From: Macrostomum lignano
Taxonomy: Eukaryota
Direction of reading: 5' to 3'
Assembly (NCBI GenBank): GCA_002269645.1
Contig: NIVC01000690.1
Coordinates: 248,001-312,000 of the forward strand
Length of the DNA stretch: 64,000 bases
Positions 43,580 through 56,854 of the stretch are shown here, in pieces (position 1 is the stretch's first letter; each line of letters starts with the position of its first letter). The translations under genes and the position numbers were made by a program. A model generated the notes under the pieces. The model saw only the letters and a program-made list of their open reading frames with translations. It did no database searches and was not told the origin of the DNA.

Positions 43580-44170
43580 CTATGAGAGAACAGGCTTCAG
43601 AACGACATTCCGAGTCTTGTTGTCAGGAGCCAATACGCGAATGTTTTTGGGATCACGGGCTCTGCTCAAGGCAACATACAATTGTCCATGCTGAAAGCAA
43701 GAGAGAATCAAATGTACACCAAAAAAGTCCAGAGTCTGGCCTTGGCTCTTGTGGACCGTGATAGCAAAACAAGGACGAACAGGAAACTGGAGCCGTCGAA
43801 ATACAATCGGTAAGTCAGCCGTACTTGGCTCCAATGGAATGCGTGGCAAAAACACCTGTTCACCTTTGTACGCTCCAGTTGCAATCCTCGCGACCAGTAC
43901 ATTGGGCTCCAGTTTGGTCACGATCAGTCGGCTGCCGTTGCACAGGCGAGGCGGGTGCAGATTCCGCAGCAGCATCACCGGCATACCCACCTTGAGTCGA
44001 AGCAGATGTTGCGGCAGTCCAGGAGGATCCAGGCTGTTGAGAGACTCCACGGGAAACTGGGTAGCCGCATCTTCATCATTCGGGATGGAGTCGAACGACC
44101 GGTACTCGACCCCTTCGCCAGGGAAGAGCTCCAGGCAGGCAGCGTTGATTTAAAGTTGAGCGTTGAGGTA
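43580..44170 (-). pseudogene. Helitron PIF1-family helicase C-terminal half
   Basis: LKVGMPVMLLRNL, LCNGSRL, LPRIPL, RLQFPVRPCFAITVHKSQGQTL, HGQLYVALSR. Confidence 0.93.
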
Positions 44171-44187
44171 AAGTGAATATAGCTTAC

Positions 44188-44495
44188 CTTGAATCCGGAA
44201 TCCGTTCCGTGGTCTCTGTCCGCTCTGTCCGCCGCCTTCTGTGCTGTTCACGATCTCGCTCTTGGCGATGGCTACGCTGAGCGTCCGACTCAGCAGCTCG
44301 GCGCTCCCTCATTTGGGCTTTCTTCCGGCCGAGGCGAACTTCTCGTTCATTCACTGATTCCTCCGCCCGTTGTTCTCTTGTATGCTCCCGTAGCTTGTGC
44401 AGTCTAGACTCACGCTCATCGGGCGTTTCCTCATTGCGACGCTGCTTTGCGTTGCGGTTTTTCTTTTCAGCGCTTGAACCCTTGCGTTTAGCCAT
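44188..44495 (-). pseudogene. Helitron RepHel N-terminal exon (STPR-like E/R-rich repeats)
   Basis: MAKRK...ETPDERESRL...ESVNEREVRL...ESDAQRSHR; donor AG|GTAAG at 44187. Confidence 0.7.
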
Positions 44496-45760
44496 TTTCA
44501 GTATTCAATAGAATGTTAGTATATATTATTATCATTCAACTTATTAGCTCCAAGACTTCAAAGAATCACAAAGAATAGTGCAGAGACAATTTGAAAATTG
44601 AGTGAGAACTTGCAGTTCGGCCATATGAAGTGTCCAGCCAAAGCTCTGGGCAAAGAGAGTGAAGCCCTGCCTTCTCACTAACTGCAGTTGTCAACAGCTC
44701 TGGCGGTTGGTCAATGTGCATGCGGAGATGCAAAAACTAAGTACACTCGTCCCCTTTCTCTCAACAACTCTGGCGGGGGTCAATGTGCATGCGGAGATAC
44801 AAATATTCAGTACACTCGTCCCCTTTCTCTCTACCCCTTCTCTCAGACCCCACCCTATCGGCGGCGCCGCTGCATGTGTTATGCAATCACTCGCCTAACA
44901 GCGAGTGAATTGTACAGTAGGTACACACGGCCAATGTGCAAAGTAAATTAATTTTTGCGCAAAAAAATGCCTTAACACTTCAATAATTATTTTATTCAAA
45001 AAGTTCTAATTTTAAAACTTGTACCATTGAATTCCTTTTCTGACAAGCTTTCCAGTGATATAAAATGTGCAGCAAAATATTAACCTAGGCATTCAGCAGA
45101 TTGCCTAGAAGTGTCCAAAATGTTCAGAAAATGGCTAAACTCAGGGGTACAGTCTTTGAACAAAAAACTAACCCACTTCCCGATCGAATTTCTCCAATTT
45201 TCAAACTCACGAATGATCCTGAGATGTTCTTCTTTCAGATGGTTCAAACCCGAAAAAAATTCATCTAGCCATTATCGAGATTACCTGTTACATACCCACA
45301 GACAAGTTAAACGAAGGTTCCTATAGGTACATAGTTTTGATTTTTAGTATATTGGAAGCATCCAGAATTTTTATTATACCCCCCCCCCTTAATTGGTTTC
45401 GCAAGTTAAATAGAGTAATTATCTGGGCAGTGGGGCAAAGTGAATTTTCTTATCAGTTGGCTCTGGCGCAATCATTAAAATTGGCTGTGAAGTTTCTCGC
45501 TGCGCGCAGGCTGATAAAAAAATACACTAAAAAGGCCATTTAAAACAGTTTTTCGAATATTTAATCCCCTTAGCATTGAGCTAGAGCTTAATAAAATTAC
45601 ATGTACCGTCCCGGGCACATTTGACATCTTTTGGCGAAGAAACGGAGAAAATCGGTTGAGCCTTTTGGGAGATAACCTGTTACATACCCACAGACAGACA
45701 GGGCCGGTGGAGGGGGGGTTGCTACTTTAGATATATTAGATTGCCTGTTTAGAGACTGTA

Positions 45761-47175
45761 CGAGGCCAACTCCTCCTCTGGAGGAGAAAGGGGAAGAATT
45801 CCCATCACCGGTACTCCATTCCCTGAAATGCCATTCCCTGAATCCCATCATCCAACTCCTCTTAGCGAAACTGAACATCATCGAAATCTTCTCCGTAAAA
45901 GAGAACTCCATCAAACACCTCTCCGTGAAACTGACATTCATCAAAATCCCCTCCGAGAAATAGAAATCCTCTCCGTGAAACTGGACTCCATGGAAATCCT
46001 CTCCGTGAAACTGGACTCCATGGAAATCCTCTCCGTGAAACTGACATCCATCAAAATCGTCTCCGTGAAACAGAAATTCTCTCCATTAAACTGGACTGAA
46101 TCGAAATTTTCTCCGTAAAAAAGAATCAACTCTCAGGATTTAGTGGTTAGGGTTAGGGTTAGGGTTAGGGTTAGAGCTACAACGCAGCAGCGTGTTGAAC
46201 CAATTGAATTAATTGAATGCGCAACCGATTTCACAGTCAGTCAGTATCAGTCTCGGTAAAAGTTAACAAAAATATTGCGCAAACTAAATCAACCCTCCAA
46301 TACACAGCGACTGACCCCCTTCCAATACGCAGTGGCAATTAAAAGTTGAACCCCCCCTCCCACCAACTGTTGGGGGGTTGGTCGAACCCCCATTGAACTC
46401 CAAAATGAGTACACTGCCGAAAGTTAAAAGTATGGAAATCGTTTTTTAAATGCTGTGCTTTTTGTTTTCACATTTAAAGCAAACAACTTATATCCCCGAA
46501 CTCAGTATTGCAAGATCTTTCCAGTAATATAAGTCTCTCCTCTGAAAGTTTAAAACTCGAGGAACAGTTAGCGCTTGAAATTTCCTGATTTAAAGCATTA
46601 AAGTATCGAGTGTACATTCACAGCCTGCTAAAGAGGCTCGCAAGTTTATTCATTAAATTTTACTGCCCAGCAAATACACATGGCTGCCTATTGAATGGCG
46701 CCGATAATAAAACCAATTAAATCTCGACACAATCCTAGCTATCTCCTTACACTGTACAACTGCTATGTACACTCAGCCCAAGCGCAACCCCCCATTCCGG
46801 GGGAATCGTTAAATTTAATTGAACCCCCCAACACGCGGGGGTTTTGCATTTAACGCAGAACACGCGCACCCACCCCCCCAAAACACAGCGACCCGCGGGC
46901 GGAGGTTGGGGTGGCTATTTTTACAAACAGACTGCAACCCCTTCACTGGAGAGGCAGAGTGGCCACAGAAGGGCCAAAGAAGGTTAGGAAATCAGTTTTC
47001 TGCTTTTTTAGGGATCTTAAAATGTAAAAATTAAAGATTAAAATAGCTATAAACCCAATCCGGAAAATTTGCAGTTTTCCCATATAAGTTTCAACGCTGA
47101 CTTGCCAGTAGTTTAGGAGAAAAATTGCAACACACATACAGACAAACAAACAACGAACCACTTTTAGTATTAAGA
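45761..47175 (-). mobile_element. Non-autonomous Helitron with 30-bp repeats and (TTAGGG)4
   Basis: 5' A|TC at 47175; 3' hairpin CTCCTCC-AGA-GGAGGAG, then variant CTCG|T at 45764-45761; removal rejoins agagactgta|ttgtctgttt. Confidence 0.75.
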
Positions 47176-47415
47176 TTGTCTGTTTAGAGACTGTATTGTC
47201 TGTTTAGAGACTGTATTGTCTGTTTAGAGACTGTATTGTCTGTTTAGAGACTTTATTGCCTGTTTAGAGACTGTATTGCCTGTTTAGAGACTGTTTAAAT
47301 ATTGATTTCCAAAAAATAGATTAACTGAACACCCGTCTAACCTAGTAACCTTCTAACAAACTTTATTATACGAGTTACGAGTAATAATCAACTAAATTTG
47401 TAAAAAATCACTCAC

Positions 47416-48587
47416 CTTTTTGCCATTTCCGAAGTCCCTCACAATTTCCTTCGAGTGTTTGTCATAAAACTCAAACAAGGCAGCAGGCTCCCGAATGGTG
47501 GTCACACTTTCGTCTCCAATCTCATCAGCACCAAGTCCTTGAGTAGGCACTGGAGCGGGCACAGGTTCAAACCGGGTATCGCCTTCCTTTGCATTTCTAT
47601 ACCAGTCAGCCAAGACTCTGGCTTCACCATCGTCACTGTTGCATTTTACGTCAGAGTTCGAGCATCCCAACGTGACGGAGCCCGAATACTCCTGCAACTT
47701 TGCCCTTCTTATGGACAAAACATCGCCGATGTTCCACCTGTCCACTTGAGCTGAGGACGAACCCCAAAACGTGCAGCTTACAGAGCCGAAGGTTCGGTCA
47801 ACCAAAGTCACTTTGGCTACGTTAACCTTCTTCCCAGAACGCGTTCGGACTTCTTCAGACGGTTGCCTGGCGTCGATCACTCCAAGCACATAGACGATTC
47901 TGATAGTGAAAGGGGGCAATACTTTTTTTTAACTATTTGCACACTAACTTAAGCATCACATTAGATTTCTAAAGTATTTGTACACTAACAGGAGCATCAT
48001 AAAACTAATAACCCAGGCTTCGTACAGTGTTGCGATGATAAATATTTTCAAACACAAGACAAACTAACTGTCACCCAAAACACTATTACATGTACTTTCA
48101 CTCCGCGATATTTGAGCACTAATACACGACGAAAACTCATTCACCTGTCCAATCCAGTCTGTTGAAGTTGATTAATGCTAGTGTAATTAATTACTGGATC
48201 TCGAGCAACCGGCACTTCGTTGCTTCTATAGATGAAGCCATTTGAATCCACGGAAACGGTCATCTCAAGTGGATTGTCCGTACACTTGTACTCTGGCTTG
48301 GCAGTCTTCACCATCCCGCCGGATATGCGAACAGCTTCAGCATCGTTGCAGACTTCCCAGACACCTTGCAGGTCCTTACCGAAGACGCTGACTCGCATCT
48401 CAGATGAGTCGTCCACCAAGATGAACGAAAAAACTTGGCCCTGACCTTTGTTGTTATTATACGTGTGAACGTCTTTCAGGTTCGTCACAAGGCCAGTGAC
48501 AGGCGTAGGCATTTGACCAGCTGTCAGACCAGCAATCCCATCCTTCTTCGACTTCTTTTTCAAAGGTGACTCTGAATAAGAGGCCAT
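47416..48587 (-). CDS. RPA70-like two-OB-fold ssDNA-binding protein, copy 1 (exons 48587-48145, 47899-47416; last exon probably ~39880-39841)
   Basis: VFSFILVDDSSEMRVSVF (DBD-A like), TLVDRTFGSVSCTFWG, VLSIRRAKLQEYSG and EARVLADWY (DBD-B like); phase-2 GT-AG junction is in frame. Confidence 0.85.
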
Positions 48588-49699
48588 TTTGCACAAAAAA
48601 TATTCAACAATTGAAAAACGAACTGATAAAAAGTATCAATCAAACTTTTTCTAAGCAATGATAAGCTTTGATTTTAAGACAACAAAATTGGCTCAACAAA
48701 TCACAAACTATATATGTAGAAATAAAAGAAGCCACGAAAAAAACACCACCTCCCCTTCAGCCCAGTACATTACTGTGTAAGCTGTACTCAATTTGCATTC
48801 ATTTTTTACACAATCTAATTGGCTGGACACTCCACCCACCCTAATCATTCCCGTGCCCAGCATTAAAGCACACACTGTACCCTCTGCTGTACGTTAAGGT
48901 CTCCTCACTTTTCTCACCTAATCCTTTTGTTTGTTTGCTATCTCGTTTTACGGTGACACAATTCTCACCGACTGACTCAGCAAGTGTAGGTAATACTTTA
49001 GGAGTTCGCGGCCGCGTATACTGCACTGCACAAACAAATAATTGTATGGCGCGGCTGACTGGCTGAGCCATTTTCGCACCTTCTAAGCCGGGAAGGAAAA
49101 ACAGGCGACCCTCAAGTCAGGCTGCATGGCCACCAGTACGCTAGACAATTTGTAGACCAATCGCCGATCTAAAGCCCCGAACTGCACACCCTCGCCTGCA
49201 CAACCGACCAATAGGAAGCCACAGAAAACCACCCTAAGGCTTAGCGAAGCCACACTCTCCACAGCAGACTGATACGACAACTGCTGAAGCGACGACTCAC
49301 AACCCATAACCCCTATTTTATTCGCCCCTACACCTCAGTTTCAGTGCCTATATATACAAAAAATACGCTCATTTAGTATATTAGATATATTTAGACTGCT
49401 AATATATGCATATCACTCAAATATTCGGTGGCAGTCGGCGCGGCGGCGGCGGTAGGCGCGGCGGCGGTCAGCGCGGCAGGGGCGGCCCACGTGGAAAAAC
49501 CAGTGAGTACCATTCCAAGACACTGTAAATCTTGAGCTTTGAGTACATTCGAGTAGTCTTAAATTTTACCTAATTGTAACCAGTTACTGACTTCCATGCT
49601 ATATTATTACTGATAAATTTGCGAAAATTTCCCTCTCTTTCAATTGCCAGTCGTTTGTTTCTTCTGCGGAGGCCGCCACCGCGTTGCCAGCTGCATCGC

Positions 49700-49930
49700 C
49701 ATGAAGGCCGCCGCCCGCCAATTGCAGCAGCAACAGCAACAGCAACAGCTGCAGCAGCCACCACAACAACAGCAGCAGCCACCACAACAACAGCAGCAGC
49801 CACCACAGCAGCAGCCACCACAGCAACAGCAACAGCATCAGCCACCACCGCAGCAGCCACCACCGCAGCAGCCACCACAACAACAGCAACAGCAGCAGCC
49901 ACCACAGCACCACCACCACGAGCGAATGAA
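49700..49930 (+). repeat. (CAG/CAA/CCA)n trinucleotide tract (polyQ/P mini-ORF)
   Basis: Direct reading. Confidence 0.9.
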
Positions 49931-50589
49931 GTTCGACTGAATAAATTTACTCAAATACGCTCGTATACTCAATAATATACTTTCTTATTTCACATTTTTG
50001 ACTTTTGATAAAAATCAGTGATTGACTTACTTAATTTCTCAGAATTTTGAAACGCTGACGCACCAGTACAAAGTTTTGTGAACAGAATACTCTAATGACT
50101 TGAAATATTTAAAGTATAATTCATTTCCGCCATAGCATGTCATTACAAATAATGACCATACATATACACGTGCGAACAAAGAATGGAATGGTTTTTTTAA
50201 TAAGCTACATGCAACGTTGAAATCTTAAAAAAATCTCTTGTCAAACTTCTAACCCTAACCCTAACCATAACCTTAAATTTAATACTTTGTTTAGGAGTTT
50301 TTGCATGATGCTTCTTTGATTTTTTGCAACAAATTTTTGCATCTGCACAGTCCATGTACAAAATAACAGTTTTATTCAACTGTACTGTTACGAACTACAA
50401 CAAATAAAGAAACAACAAACGGTACGAGCTTTTAATTAGATTTTAAACAACCGAAAATTGACGTTCATAATTGAAACAATAGTTAAACAAACGCATGTAT
50501 TTATTCAAATGATATAATATGATCTTCTGCTGCTAATAGCAGGTGAAAATTTAAAGTAATGTAATAATTAACTAACAAAAGGATAGACT

Positions 50590-51630
50590 GACGCTTCTAT
50601 GAATTCTTTAAATGACGCTTCTATGATTTTTATATGACGCTTCTATGATTGTTGAAATGACGCATCTATGATTTTTATATGACGCTTCTATGATGTTTTA
50701 AATGACGCTTTTATGATTGTTTATATGACGCTTCTCTGATTTTTTACATGACGCTTCTATGATTGTTTACATGACACTTCTATGATTGTTTACATGACGC
50801 TTCTCTGATTTTTTACATGACGCTTCTATGATTGTTTACATGACGCTTCTATGATTGTTTACATGACGCTCCTATGATTTTTTACATGACGCTTCTATGA
50901 TTTTTCACATGACGCCTCTATGATTTTTTACATGACGCTTCTATGATTTTTTAGATGACACTTCTATGATTTTTTACATGGCGCTTCTTTGATTGTTTAC
51001 ATGACGCTTCTATGATTTTTTGCATGACGCTTCTACGATTTTTACATGACGCTTCTATGACTTTTTTATATGACGCTTCTATGATTGTTTACATGACGCT
51101 TCTATGACTTTTTTATATGACGCTTCTATGATTGTTTACATGACGCTTCTATGATTTTTTACATGACGCTTCTATGATTTTTTGCATGACGCTTCTACGA
51201 TTTTTACATGACGCTTCTATGACTTTTTTACATGACGCTTCTATGATTGTTGAAATGACGCATCTATGATTGTTTACATGACGCTTCTATGATTTTTTAA
51301 ATGACGCTTTTATGATTGTTTACATGACGCTTCTATGATTTTTTAGGTGACGCTTCTATGTTTTTTAAATGAGGCTTCTATGATTTTTCTTGACGCTTCT
51401 ATAATTGTTTACATGACGCTTCTATGATTTTTTACATGACGCTTCTATGATTGTTTACATGACGCTTCTATGATTTTTTACATGACGCTTCTATGATTGT
51501 TTACATGATGCTCCTATGATTTTTTGCATGACGCTTCTATGATTTTTCACATGACGCTTCTATGATTTTTTAAGTGACGCTTCTATGATTTTTTAGATGA
51601 CGCTTCTATGATTTTTTACATGGCGCTTCT
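50590..51630 (+). repeat. 21-22-bp minisatellite (tttacatgacgcttctatgatt)
   Basis: Same unit as 18040-18880. Confidence 0.95.
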
Positions 51631-52260
51631 TTTTAAAAAGTCTTTTAGTTTTCCTGACGTTGAAAAGCTTTAATTAAAAAAAATTATACTCTATGAAAAT
51701 TCGAACCATCGTCGCTGCTTTAGCAGTTCAGTTTGTTCACCTCTAGGCTAGCTCTCATCTTTTGATAACATCAAATTTTGCACTTAAATAATTCAACACT
51801 TTAAAATCCAAGCATAGAGTAAATCACACGAGGCAGTTATGACATAATCAGTTTCTCAGTCAGTCAGTATCAGTTAACAATATGGTTACGCAATTTAAAT
51901 CAATTCTGGTGCTACGCTTCCACACTGCATTTTCAATTCAAGTCGGAGTTACAATTCAGTTATGATGCAATCTATTTCAGAATCAGAATTCAACCAGTCA
52001 GTTTTTTCTCTAGCATTCTTACAATGCGTTTCAAGTCGAAAAGTTTGCTTGACCTTTGCAAAAAAGCATGTTTTTCGAATATTAAATGCCTTTAGCATCG
52101 AGCAATTTCTTAGCCGCGATGCATGTACAGTCACGGGAAAATTTCTGATCGAACAGTGCAAGTTTGAACAAAATCGGTCCAGCCATTTTTTCTCTAATCA
52201 ATCACATAGATAGATAGATAGACACAGACAGACCATTTTTAGTATATTGGATGGAAAGGA

Positions 52261-55227
52261 CTAGCAATCTTCGCCCCCCGTTGGGGGACATCTGGATAGA
52301 ATCTCTGTTCTCTACAAGTAACAAAAAGACAGCCAAATAAAGCATTCACAAAGACGACAGACAAACTGCTCAAATAAAGTGTCAAAATGCAAAAATAAAT
52401 CATCCCAAGACAGCAAGCATCCCCCAGATAGCAAGCATCCCCCAGATTGCAAGCATCCCCCAGATAGCAAGCAGCCCCCAGATTGCAAGCATCCCCCAGA
52501 TAGCAAGCATCCCCCAGATAGGAAGCATCCCCCCTCCCGGATAGCAAGCATCCCCAAATAGTAAGCATCCACCATACAATAAGTAGCTAGTGCTACAATT
52601 TCCTTAGCTCTATAGTGGCTCCTTTAAAATTAGAATGACGCTTACTTTTACGTTTGAAATTGTGTAAATTTTATGTTTGACATGGTGGCTCTTTAATGTT
52701 CTACATGGTGGCTCTTTTATGTTTGATTCGGGGTTTTTTATTGTCTGACATGGTGTCTGTTTATTGTTTGACATAGTGGCTCTTTTATGTTTTACATGGT
52801 GGTTCTTTTATGTTCGACATGGTGGCTCTTTTATGCTTGACATGGTGGCTCTTTACTGTTTGACATGGAGTCACATATATGTTTGACATGGTGGCTCTTT
52901 TATGTTTGACATGGTGGTTCTTTTATGTTCGACATGGTGGCTCTTTTATGCTTGACATGGTGGCTCTTTACTGTTTGACATGAAGTCACATATATGTTTG
53001 ACATGGTGGCTCTTTTATGTTTGACATGGTGGCCGTTTTATGTTTGACATAGTGGCTCTTTAATGTTTGAAATGGTGGCTCTTTAATGTTTGACATGATG
53101 GCTCTTTTATGCTTGACATTGTGGCTCTTTTATGTTTGACATGGTGGCTCTTTAAATGTTTGACATGGTGGCTGTTTTATGTTTGACATGGTGGCTCTTT
53201 TATGTTTGACATGGTGGCTCTTTAATGTTAGACATGGTGGCTCTTTATTGTTTGACCTGGTGGCACCTTAATGTAATGTTGGATCTTTAATGTTTGAAAT
53301 GGTGGCTCTTTAATGTTTGACATGGTGGCTCTATAATGTTTGACATGGTGGCTCTTTTATGTTTAAAATGGTGGCTCTTTTATGATTGACATGGTGTCTC
53401 TTTTATGTTCGACATGGTGGCTCTTTAATGTTTGACATGGAGTCACGTATATGTTTGACATAGTGTTTCTTCTATGTTTGACATTGTGGCTCTTTAATGT
53501 TTGTCATGGTGGCTCTTTTATGTTCGACATGGTGGCTCTTTAATGTTTGACATGGTGGCTTTTCTATGTTTGACATGGTGGCTATTTTGTGTTTGACATG
53601 ATAGCTCTTTAATGTTTGACATGGTGGCTCTTTAATGTTTGTCATGGTGGCTCTTTTATGTTCGACATGGTGGCTCTTTAATGTTTGACATGGTGGCTCT
53701 TCTATGTTTGACATGGTGGCTATTGTGTGTTTGACATGATAGCTCTTTAATGTTTGACATGGTGGCTCTTTAATGTTTGACATGGAGTCACGTATATTTT
53801 TGAAATGGTGGCTCTTTTATGTTCGACATGGTGGCTCTTTTATGTTCGACATGGTGGCTCTTTTATGTTCGACATGGTGGCTCTTTTATGTTCGACATGG
53901 TGGCTCTTTTATGTTCGACATGGTGGCTCTTTTATGTTTGACATGGTGGCTCTTTAATGTTCGACATGGAGTCATATATATGTTTGACATGGTGGCTCTT
54001 TTATGACTGACATGGTGGCTCTTTTATGTTCGACATGGTGGCTCTTTAATGTTCGACATGGAGTCATATATATGTTTGACATGGTGGCTCTTTAATGTTT
54101 GATATGGTGACTCTTTAATGTTTAGCATGGTGGCTCTTTTATGTTTGACATGGTGGCTCTTTTATGTTTGACATGGTGGCTCTTTAATGTTCGCCACGTT
54201 TGTCATCAGGTTTTTCATGTTTGAGTCACGTATATGTTTGACATGGTGGCTCTTTGATGTTTGACATGGTGGCTCTTTAATTTTCGACATTTCGGCTCAT
54301 TAATGTTTTACATTGTGATTCTTTAATGTTTGACATAGTGGCTCTTTAAAGTTCAACATGGTGACTCTTTAATGTTCGACATGGTGGCTCTTGAATGTCT
54401 GACATGGAGTCATGTATATGTTTGACATGGCGGCTCTTTAATGTTCGACATGGTGGCTCTTTAATGTTTGACATGGTGGCTTATTTATGTTTAACCTGGC
54501 CTGGCTCTTTAATGTCTTACATGGAGTCATGTATATGTTTGACATGGCGACTCTTTAATGTTTGACATGGTGGCTCTTTAATGTTTGACATTGCGCTTCT
54601 TTTATGTTTAGCTTTTTGTGTTTTAGGGTGTTTTGATAAAAAAATTATTTTGCACTACTAAGATTTGAACCTAGGTCGCTACATTAGCAGTCCAGTCTGT
54701 TCGCATCTAGGCTATCTCTTTTCAATTGGAGAGCATGAACTGTTGTCCTTATAATTTAATTCTTATAGCAAGTCAATTAGAGTAAAAAGTTATGGCATAA
54801 TCAATTTCTCAGTCAGCCAGTATCAGTCTCAATTCAAGTTAGCAATATTGGTTACGCAATTTAAATCAAGTCGTGTGTGCATTTCTTCGACACTGTTTTC
54901 AACTTGTTGTGATGCAATCTTTATCAGAATTGAAATTCAGTCAGTCAGGTTTTTCTCTAGCATTCTTACAATGCATTCCAGGTCGAAATAGCTGCTTGAC
55001 CTTTGCAAAAAAGCATGTTTTTCGAATATTTAATCACTTTAACATTGAGCAATTTCTTAGCCAAGATGCATGTACCGTCCCAGGAAAATTTCTGATCGAA
55101 TGGTGCAAGTTTGAAGAAAATCGGTTGAGCCATTTTTTCTGAAATCTATCGCATACCTACCTAGCCACTACCTACCTAGCTACCTAGAAGATTGCTAGTA
55201 CAGACAACTCATTTTTAGTACATAGGA
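52261..55227 (-). mobile_element. Complete non-autonomous Helitron (~3 kb) largely filled by minisatellites
   Basis: 3' hairpin ccccc-aacg-ggggg + CTAG|T at 52264-52261; 5' A|TCCTATGTACTA at 55227; internal 18-bp (52405-52560) and 21-bp (52670-54600) arrays. Confidence 0.85.
52670..54600 (+). repeat. 21-bp minisatellite (tgtttgacatggtggctcttt)
   Basis: Direct reading. Confidence 0.95.
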
Positions 55228-55497
55228 TTCTTAGAATACAAAGTAGAAGTCATTCTTAGAATACAAAGTAGAAGACATTCTTCGAATAGAAAGTAGAAAA
55301 TATTCTTAGAATACAAAGTAGAAATTAGAAGACATTCTTCGAAAAGAAAGTAGAAAACATTCTTCGAATAGAAAGTAGAAGACATTCTTCGAATAGAAAG
55401 TAGAAGACATTCTAAGAATACAAAGTAGAAGACATTCTTCGAATAGAAAGTAGAAGAGATTCTTAGAATACAAAGTAGAAGTCATTCTTAAAATACA
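55228..55497 (+). repeat. ~27-bp minisatellite (ttcttagaatacaaagtagaagaca)
   Basis: Direct reading. Confidence 0.9.
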
Positions 55498-56738
55498 ACT
55501 AGCAATCTAGTGCCCCCCTTCGGGGTGGCCAATAAGCAAGGGACGAATCCTTTAAAATGAAAAGAATTCTTAGGGAGGGGGCTAGGAATCGAATTCTCAT
55601 TTTAATTCTGGGGCTTATGTACCAATAAAACATGCTTGCATAGAATTTTAAAACTGACAATTCAACCTACTTGCCTTCTTTCAGAGCAATAGCGTACTAC
55701 TTCTGTTGCGGTGCAAACGGTACGCTCTGCAACGGCTGGAAAAGCAACTACAGCTAAAAAAATTTGTTATTTAAAGGCCAAAGGCAACAGTTGCCTATCA
55801 TGCAGGGAGTCACTGGCGTTGCACCAATTTTAATGATGTCTGCTCTTAACTGTTTTAACGGTTACATACAAACATTGGCATCGACAATGTTATTGTATTT
55901 GGAGCAGAGTATTTGATAGTGGATATTGCCTGGTACAATGACTTATCATTAATTGGTTTGACTTGCTAAAAGTATTGTTTCCGTAATTTAGATTTTGTAC
56001 TTTTGTCACTTTTACAATTGCGACTCAAATAGCCAATATTTTCCCACAGCCTAATTTCCTTTTAGCTACAGTTCTTTTTTGCAGTTTGCATGTGCTCCCA
56101 ACCCTTTTCATCTTTATTCATTCACACGGTAATTAAAATGCAATTTTATTTTAAGTCACTCGCCACTCAACTCTAGGAACTTGTAGTTTTCTAGCAGTCT
56201 TTCGTCCACATGTAAGTTATTTTACGACTTTGGTTTGACCCATTTTGCAAATAATGCATACAACTTTGAAATACATGGATTCACAGCTCTGGTTAACTGA
56301 TGCAATATATCTGTGCGACTCGTACACTAAATTCTTCATCGACATATTAAACTCTACTTGCTTAATTCCTTAACTGCGGAAACAAGTGTGTGATTAATGT
56401 ATAGATTTTTAACGTAATAAAAACGAACCTGTGCTTGGGCCGCTTTCACTCTCATTACCCCAGATAATGGGGGTTAGGCGGCATAGGCCAGTGTACTTAG
56501 CATGTACTGCGCTTTGGAAAAAATTCTCAACCAAACTTTTCTATCTGCCTGAAAAGACTGTACTTTCATATACGCCTACCCATTCCCCCAGGGGGGAAAC
56601 GCCAGTGTACTTAGCAACGTACAGCGTCGGAATAACTTCTTCATTTGCGCCCCAGCCGGTGGAGAGGGGCGCAGTCAGCCATTAGCGGAAACAAGTACAA
56701 CAAAGTATATACTACGCTCATAACTACATATACTTAAA

Positions 56739-56854
56739 GGGGTCGTACTATAAAGCTGTCGTAGCGTAAGTTCGATCGTACGTCGGAACTTTAACACTAA
56801 GGAGATAGGAGCTAAGAACGATCTTATCTTACGATGGCTTTATAGAACGGGCCC
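56739..56854. mobile_element. 116-bp Harbinger-type MITE
   Basis: TIRs ggggtcgtactataaagc / gctttatagaacgggccc (15/18 match); right flank TAA. Confidence 0.65.

Larger units (their letters stand above)
40330..45740 (-). mobile_element. Helitron with internally deleted RepHel and captured inverted segment
   Basis: 3' hairpin CACCC-GAA-GGGTG + CTAG|T at 40333-40330; 5' A|TC at 45740; removal rejoins the 20-bp repeat gaggctgta|ttgcctgttt. Confidence 0.75.
39016..52251 (-). mobile_element. Composite non-autonomous Helitron carrying RPA70-like gene copy 1 (with two nested Helitrons)
   Basis: 5' A|TC at 52251; 3' hairpin cccc-agc-gggg, then CTAG|T at 39019-39016. That the two ends belong to one mobile unit is inferred. 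Confidence 0.55.
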
